Origin: a virus
DNA: 64,000 nucleotides
Virus record (IMG/VR): IMGVR_UViG_3300017750_000002
Coordinates: 6,396-70,395 of that record
Direction: 5' to 3' (one strand)
Shown here: positions 58,107 through 64,000 of the stretch, piece by piece
Layout of the letters: each line of letters starts with the position of its first letter
How positions within the stretch are numbered: position 1 is the stretch's first letter
Translations under genes and position numbers: made by a program
The notes under the pieces: generated by a model
Told to the model about the DNA's origin: nothing
What the model saw: the letters and a program-made list of their open reading frames with translations, nothing else
The model's database searches: none

Positions 58107-60092
58107 ATGCAGGTACAGAAAGAAAACTTTATGGATTTTCTAAGTGCTGATGCATCTACTGATGTTTTGATAAATAATAAAGAACTTAAAGGAATATCGA
58201 GAACAGGTGGAAGAGATTGGATTTTGAAGTTCATGGATGATTTTGAATATATTAATAAATTTAATAAATTCTTTGCAAAAATTGATACTCCAGAATATAA
58301 AGTCCATGAGGATGCACTCGATAGAATCCTTAAACCTGCTGGCATTGACTACGATAAAAGAAAAGAAATCAAATTAAGAATATTTTCTAATTTTCAAAGG
58401 CTTAAAGATAGTCTTTCTCAAAAAAAGCGTAAGTTCTATGGTAAGTCGGAAAAAGAAATTATGGATATTGCGATTAAAGAAAACGATAAAGATACTTTAT
58501 TATTAATTTATAATAAACTTGTTAAAAATCACAAAGAGAGATGGCTAAAGGGAGATGAAAACTCTTTGAAATTTTTACGAAATAGTATAAAAAAAGATAT
58601 AATTAGCCCTTCAAAACTCTATTCTGCATTCGTTAGAAACCTTCCAGAAACAAAACCATCAGCCGAAGAATTCTTAAATGCCGAGAAGCCAATTTATTCT
58701 TTTTCTCTTGTTGAACTTAGTGCCGTAGTTAATAAGCCCAAAAAAGTAGATGGTTGGGAACTTGGCAAAAAAAACTTTCCGGTTGGAGATTTACCAACAT
58801 GGAGAAAAGTTGTTGATAAAACAGATAGGGAATACATTCCAGCAACAACTGGACCAATGGTTTCCAAGTTGCAAGAATTGTATTCTGCAATAGGAAACCC
58901 ACCTGTCGAAGATACAAGGTTTAACCGACAAGAATCCCTTTTGAATACAATACTTCTTCCTAAAAGCAAAGCATCTGCGAAGTTTTCTACGGAAGAGTTA
59001 GAAGGAATCTTGGAAATTAAATTACAAAGAATTGACTCCTTAACTGATAATCAAGTTCGCCTCTTCATTGAATCGTTAGATAATGTTAGGGGAGATAAAT
59101 CTAAAAAAGCGCCAAATCAAATCTTTTCTAGATTTAGAATAAATAACCAAAAGCCAAGAGATTATCTATATTATTCTAAAAACAGAAACATTAGAATGGT
59201 TCCATTCATTAAAGAAATATTGTCCTCTCCAACCGGAGGAAGGCTATTTGAAATCGCTACAAAGAATATGCCAACAGTAAAAGCACAAAGTTTAGAAGCA
59301 TTTACAGTGGATTACAAAAGAAAAAATCCAGATGCTGGCGATGATTTACAATCAGAATATGCTAAGTATTTAAGAAAGAAATCTATCTCTTCCGATTCTG
59401 TTGAACTTTTAAGAAAAGAAGTAGAAGATGATGAAGACGAACTGGAAGAATTAGAAAATCTTTTATTGAATTTGGAAAGAGTTGGAGATGTTTATTTTGC
59501 TGAAGATAAAGAGGGAATAGAAGCAATAGATGAAATTTATCAGCAAATTGAAATTCAATTAGAGTTTGAAAGTATTAGCCGAGAAGAAGCAGGTGAGGCG
59601 AAAAGAAAATTAGAAAATAGCAGAACTCTTTCATTTGCTATTCTTAAGACTATTACAGATTTACCAGAAACAGACGGTAAAAAACAACCTTTAAGTTCAG
59701 TTTTGAAAGAAACAGGGCCATTGAAGGAATATTCTGGTAGTTCTTCTTTTGGTGATATTGGTATTTCCGAGGCTCTAATCATTTCACATAGGTTAGTTCA
59801 AAGAATAATGCAAGTAAATTTAACTTCTAGGGTTGAAAAAATTGACTCAATCATTGAAAAGGAAGGAGAATCTTTATCCCTAACAGACCCCACCTTGAAG
59901 CAAGCAGTTGATGGTCTTGCAGATGCCATCAACAAAGGCTTAAACGACTTAAATAATAAATTTAGAGAAGAAATCATTTCTCGATTGAATGCTTTGATAG
60001 AAAATCCATCTGAAACACCTGAAGTATTTCAAGGGTATGTCTATAATAAGTTGATTAAAGCAGGAATATTCGTAAAGGAGGAACAAGAATGA
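58107..60092 (+). CDS. Large charged hypothetical protein
   Basis: 661-aa ORF, Lys/Glu-rich. Confidence 0.75.
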   Translation: MQVQKENFMDFLSADASTDVLINNKELKGISRTGGRDWILKFMDDFEYINKFNKFFAKIDTPEYKVHEDALDRILKPAGIDYDKRKEIKLRIFSNFQRLKDSLSQKKRKFYGKSEKEIMDIAIKENDKDTLLLIYNKLVKNHKERWLKGDENSLKFLRNSIKKDIISPSKLYSAFVRNLPETKPSAEEFLNAEKPIYSFSLVELSAVVNKPKKVDGWELGKKNFPVGDLPTWRKVVDKTDREYIPATTGPMVSKLQELYSAIGNPPVEDTRFNRQESLLNTILLPKSKASAKFSTEELEGILEIKLQRIDSLTDNQVRLFIESLDNVRGDKSKKAPNQIFSRFRINNQKPRDYLYYSKNRNIRMVPFIKEILSSPTGGRLFEIATKNMPTVKAQSLEAFTVDYKRKNPDAGDDLQSEYAKYLRKKSISSDSVELLRKEVEDDEDELEELENLLLNLERVGDVYFAEDKEGIEAIDEIYQQIEIQLEFESISREEAGEAKRKLENSRTLSFAILKTITDLPETDGKKQPLSSVLKETGPLKEYSGSSSFGDIGISEALIISHRLVQRIMQVNLTSRVEKIDSIIEKEGESLSLTDPTLKQAVDGLADAINKGLNDLNNKFREEIISRLNALIENPSETPEVFQGYVYNKLIKAGIFVKEEQE

Positions 60093-62617
60093 GTTATCCC
60101 CTATTAAATACATATTTACCTGACTTTGAGCAGGTTTTGATGGAAGAAATCAATCAAAGTAATTGGAAAAGTGCTAAAACAGCCCAAAATCCAAAGAAAG
60201 CAAGGGGCCGTTTTGTTAGAAAACTAAAAACTGCGGCAAAAACAAGAGATATTCTAGGTTTAATTAAAGAAATTAAGGAATTTTACGATAATAAAGGGAT
60301 AAAAGGTAAAGCAAGTGGCCTTGATGCTCAAGTAAATGAGCGTTTTAGGCCTCTTATACGGGGTATGACTCATATTTTCTATAACGGTCAAAAAATACAG
60401 TTAGAAGACCTCACAGATGAAGATTTTGAAGAAAGAGATGTGACTATTTCCCAAAAAAAGACAAAAAGAGGTTCTTTTGCAGTGACTTCTGACGATATTA
60501 ATGAATATGAGAAGAAATTTGATAGATTACTTACTAAAGGAGCAGGTGTTTTAGCCACAGAAAATGTCGTTGGAGGGCAAAAATACCTAAAAAAGAACAT
60601 GGAAAGGCTATTCAAGAGGCTTAAAGAGCAAGTTCAACTAACAAAAAGGGGCAAAATAAAGGGCAAATTGGCAGTTATTGGTGATATAGACTTCGAAATT
60701 AGCAGTGTTTTTAATGCAAAAAGCATGAAAAATTACGAAAATAGGAATAACGCATACAACTATTGGAAGTCTGTAAGCAAAAAATTCGATAAATTACGCA
60801 CCGAATTTAATAAATTTAAGAAATCTATGGCGGATTCTAAGGATAAAAGGAAAGAAACTGCTGATTTACTGGCATTTGATATAGATAGCATCAACTATAT
60901 TGTTGAATATGATAGAAAAAGCATAAGTGTCAAACAACTTGATGTTGCAGCGCATGATGCTTTTTCTGCTTTCCTTAATTTACTTGGCGGCATAATGGAA
61001 GTAAATGATATAGATAATGTTAGGCAGATAACAGAAGAGATTTTCTTAGATGAAGGTCAACAAACAAGACAAGTAGATATTAGTGAAGATACTGCAACTG
61101 ATACTTTACCGACTGAAATTGTAGATGCAAGGAAATTAATTAATGAAGAACTTCCTCTCGACCCGTTAGGTATCATATACTTTAGAAAGGAACTGAATGA
61201 GATTGGTTTAGTAAATACTAATCTTGTTGGTTTAACTGAACAACTCAGAAAATACTATGAGGATTTGACAGAAGAAAACGAATATCCTAATTTAGATGTG
61301 GAAGATGCAAATGCCTTATTTGACAATTTCTTAGATAAGTTGGATAATGTTAGAGATACAGGTGATGAGTTATTCTTGCCTATATTTATGGCTAATGACG
61401 AAGCATTAACTGTTGAGTATAGGGAACTTAGGAATAAAGCGGCTGAAATAGAATCAAATATAAAAAAGTTCATGGACCTTTTCTTAAATTTCCTACAAAG
61501 AGATAGGGCGATATTAACTAATCAAATTAATTTAGATATGTTAGGTCTTGGTAGTGGAAAAGGTGGAGAAGGTACTTTTCCAAGAAGCGGCGGAAGAACA
61601 TTTCCGTGGTTTAACTATAAAAACTTCGTTGCTGGCTCAAGAGGGACACAACGATACAATATGAAAGAAGCAAAGAATCTAAATGAAGATATTACAACGC
61701 AAGTTAATAATATTTGTAAAATCATAGCAGATTGTTTCTTAGGTCCACAATTTTCAAAGTATCGGGCTGGAATAAAATTACCATTCGAGGGTGATTTTAC
61801 TTTGCGTTTGATTGCAGCAACAAGACCAATAGGTGAAAAGTATAGGGCTGTTTCGATAGTAAATGAAAGGCTTCTTTCGAGAGATACTGCTTTTATGACG
61901 GAAGACGATTTTGATGATTTAATAGCATATCTTAAAGAATTGGCTGGTGCAGATAATATTAGGGAATATAAAAAGTTGTATGAAGTTTCCAAAAAATTTG
62001 CTGATGCTCTCGATAACATTTTTGATGATGAGCAAGTAGAAAATTCTATAAATGACGATGTTGCCTCTATATTAGGTTCAATATACCGATTGCTCAATGA
62101 TGAAGAAAAAGCCCAAGCAATAGATGATGGAGAGCATAAATTTCCTAAAGATTCCAACAAAACAGTTTTAGATATTTACAATGAGAGAGATACGGATGAA
62201 CCGCAGGACATATATGCAGTTCAAGCATTAGTTGAAGCAATTAGAAGTAGAGGAACAAATTTAACATATAGAACAAGTGGTGGAGAATCAGGAGATAACT
62301 TCAAAGATGATAAAATTCAGCAATTGTTGCAATTATTAGATAGAGTTGCTAAGAGTGTAGTGCAAAGAAAATTACTTGAAGCCCACGATACATTACGAAT
62401 ACTTAAATCACAACCAGTATATCACTCAATGAAGAATGAAAATAATTTTGAAGACATGGACAGTATTATCAGTAAGATGGAAAACGAATATAACATTGAC
62501 ATGAATGCAAATGAAATTGTTAGTATTGTTAAAGCAGTTGATTCTTTTGAAGGTATTGCTAGAGAATACGGAATTGATGCAGAACATGTATATATCTTAA
62601 AGGCGAACTTTAGGTGA
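60089..62617 (+). CDS. Large charged hypothetical protein with possible C-terminal HTH
   Basis: 842-aa ORF; C-terminal SFEGIAREYGIDAEHVYILK. Confidence 0.75.
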   Translation: MSYPLLNTYLPDFEQVLMEEINQSNWKSAKTAQNPKKARGRFVRKLKTAAKTRDILGLIKEIKEFYDNKGIKGKASGLDAQVNERFRPLIRGMTHIFYNGQKIQLEDLTDEDFEERDVTISQKKTKRGSFAVTSDDINEYEKKFDRLLTKGAGVLATENVVGGQKYLKKNMERLFKRLKEQVQLTKRGKIKGKLAVIGDIDFEISSVFNAKSMKNYENRNNAYNYWKSVSKKFDKLRTEFNKFKKSMADSKDKRKETADLLAFDIDSINYIVEYDRKSISVKQLDVAAHDAFSAFLNLLGGIMEVNDIDNVRQITEEIFLDEGQQTRQVDISEDTATDTLPTEIVDARKLINEELPLDPLGIIYFRKELNEIGLVNTNLVGLTEQLRKYYEDLTEENEYPNLDVEDANALFDNFLDKLDNVRDTGDELFLPIFMANDEALTVEYRELRNKAAEIESNIKKFMDLFLNFLQRDRAILTNQINLDMLGLGSGKGGEGTFPRSGGRTFPWFNYKNFVAGSRGTQRYNMKEAKNLNEDITTQVNNICKIIADCFLGPQFSKYRAGIKLPFEGDFTLRLIAATRPIGEKYRAVSIVNERLLSRDTAFMTEDDFDDLIAYLKELAGADNIREYKKLYEVSKKFADALDNIFDDEQVENSINDDVASILGSIYRLLNDEEKAQAIDDGEHKFPKDSNKTVLDIYNERDTDEPQDIYAVQALVEAIRSRGTNLTYRTSGGESGDNFKDDKIQQLLQLLDRVAKSVVQRKLLEAHDTLRILKSQPVYHSMKNENNFEDMDSIISKMENEYNIDMNANEIVSIVKAVDSFEGIAREYGIDAEHVYILKANFR

Positions 62618-62621
62618 TTTT

Positions 62622-63398
62622 ATGAAGAAGCAAGGTCCGAGGGTTTTAGAACAAGTATTTTCGTATCAAGGTATGCAGAACCAATGGAACAGCGATAACC
62701 CCGAAGAAGAGTATGTTAGGAATATTCCGTCTTGGTATGAATTAGATAAATGGTTAATTCGTGTCGATAGTAACAATAAAGTAATTGCAACAATTGGTTG
62801 GAAGGAGTACGATACATATCTTGTTTTAGGTGGCCTTAAGTCTGTACAAAAGAAAAAAATACCTAGTGGAAATGCAGATGCCTTATATGCTGCTAGAGAT
62901 GCTAGATTACCAAACAAACCAAAAGTTATGGGATTCAGACCTAAAGGTAATATAGAAACTTGGATAGACAGATATAGAGGAAAAGGATTCACAGTTCAAA
63001 AAGATGTGGATGAAAATAACAAAGTGATAAACTTAGTTCCTGAAAATGTTCAAGAAGAATTTGAATCAAGATATAAAGGAAATTGGGCAGTTAAGAAGTG
63101 GTTTGATATGTTAAGAAATTCCGATGCTGTTCTAAAAGCAAGGTCTAGGGCGGATATGATATGGATTAAACTAGGAACTTCTATTATGCAAGATAAAATA
63201 CCATTCAAGAATCCTGAGAAATTTGTGAGATATTCTAACTTAGGAAGAGATAACAAAAGAGCGATAAGGTTTTATTTGGAAACAGGATTAGCCAAACCTA
63301 AAAGAAGAAATAAATTCTATCAAAATATACAAGAAGAAATGCTTCGTTCAAGTAATGTTCGATATGATGTTGAAGACCAAAGCCGAGGTGACAAGTAA
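62622..63398 (+). CDS. Possible GNAT-fold protein with internal W motif
   Basis: VIATIGW...LVLGGLKS...GNADALY...YRGKGF resembles GNAT; followed by KKWFDMLR...VLKA and a second domain. Confidence 0.5.
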   Translation: MKKQGPRVLEQVFSYQGMQNQWNSDNPEEEYVRNIPSWYELDKWLIRVDSNNKVIATIGWKEYDTYLVLGGLKSVQKKKIPSGNADALYAARDARLPNKPKVMGFRPKGNIETWIDRYRGKGFTVQKDVDENNKVINLVPENVQEEFESRYKGNWAVKKWFDMLRNSDAVLKARSRADMIWIKLGTSIMQDKIPFKNPEKFVRYSNLGRDNKRAIRFYLETGLAKPKRRNKFYQNIQEEMLRSSNVRYDVEDQSRGDK

Positions 63399-63802
63399 TG
63401 ACAGAAATATGGTTTGAAGTATTGAAAAAGAAAAAAGCAGGTAAGGCTACTGCTACTCATAATAGTAAAGGTGAGAAAAAAGACCAATGCGCTTTAAATG
63501 CTGATGATTCATATGGATTAAAAGGTTCTGCGTATAAATCGGGATATATGACTCGTTGCCGTCAAGGAAAACTAAAGAAAGGCGGAGATAATTTCAAAAG
63601 AGAAAAAGAATCGGGATTACACGGTTGGTTTTCAAGAAGAGGCGGAGATGGACAGAAAGGTTGGGTTTCTTGCCAATCATGTGAAGATGATAAGAAAGGA
63701 ACAAAACCTTGTGGTCGTAAAGATGCTTCTAAAGGAACTAAACAAAGATGTAGGCCGACTTGTGGTGCTTGTAAAACTTATAAAAGGAGGAAAGGTGCAT
63801 GA
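63398..63802 (+). CDS. WxxILK-leader Cys/Lys-rich protein
   Basis: IWFEVLK; C...SAYKSG...C and GLHGWF...GWV.C...PCGR...CRPT modules. Confidence 0.65.
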   Translation: MTEIWFEVLKKKKAGKATATHNSKGEKKDQCALNADDSYGLKGSAYKSGYMTRCRQGKLKKGGDNFKREKESGLHGWFSRRGGDGQKGWVSCQSCEDDKKGTKPCGRKDASKGTKQRCRPTCGACKTYKRRKGA

Positions 63803-64000
63803 ATTGGGAAGATATATTAAAAATGGACATTGAAGCAAAAATACTTGCTGAAATTAAGAAAGAAGGCGGTGCATTGGGTATGAAGAACCTAAAACAGTTT
63901 GGAGAAGAATCTGAAATTAAAGCAGCACTATCTAATTTACAAAAGAAAGGAAAAATATTTATGCACCGAGATGGAGACATTTATACTCATAAGCCTAAAA
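63799..64000 (+). CDS. WxxILK-leader protein, 3'-truncated, winged-helix-like
   Basis: Manual translation: MNWEDILKMDIEAKILAEIKKEGG... Confidence 0.65.
   Translation, partial: MNWEDILKMDIEAKILAEIKKEGGALGMKNLKQFGEESEIKAALSNLQKKGKIFMHRDGDIYTHKPK

Larger units (their letters stand above)
1..64000. mobile_element. Tailed archaeal dsDNA virus genome segment, probably Magrovirus-like (MGII/Poseidoniales host)
   Basis: Archaeal-type PolB, PCNA, RFC, RPA, primase, TFB and ATP ligase occur together with tail genes, a chaperonin and RNR. RBSs are GGTGA/GGAGG-like, gene overlaps are dense, and no cellular housekeeping operons are present. Confidence 0.88.

Overview
This window is about 64 kb of an AT-rich tailed archaeal virus genome. 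Its gene content fits Magroviruses, the viruses of Marine Group II Euryarchaeota (Poseidoniales); this is inferred from gene content, not from a database search. There are four blocks. (1) 1-10.1 kb (+): tail and adhesion genes. (2) 10.2-46.2 kb (-): an almost complete archaeal-type replisome (MCM-like ATPase, ERCC4 nuclease, PriS-PriL-like primase, Cas4-like nuclease, split PolB, PCNA, RPA, RFC, ATP ligase), a histone-fold protein, GroEL/GroES, MazG, TFB, class II RNR, DenV-like glycosylase, UvrD-like helicase and two tRNAs. (3) 46.3-51.3 kb: small putative early-gene cassettes, each with its own promoter, palindromic operator and terminator, plus two origin-like non-coding regions. (4) 51.4-64 kb (+): a putative late arm. 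The two main findings are a virus-encoded ubiquitin-like system (GG-ending Ubl, E1/ThiF and JAB protease, interleaved with TFB and a Myb-like protein) and a family of about 14 otherwise mostly unrelated proteins sharing an N-terminal M-x-W-x-x-I-[LI]-K leader, a candidate capsid-packaging or maturation tag. Other points: genes flanked by 15-bp direct repeats that duplicate the RBS, non-canonical PolB active-site motifs, and a candidate structured RNA next to the tRNAs. All protein calls come from motif recognition by eye.
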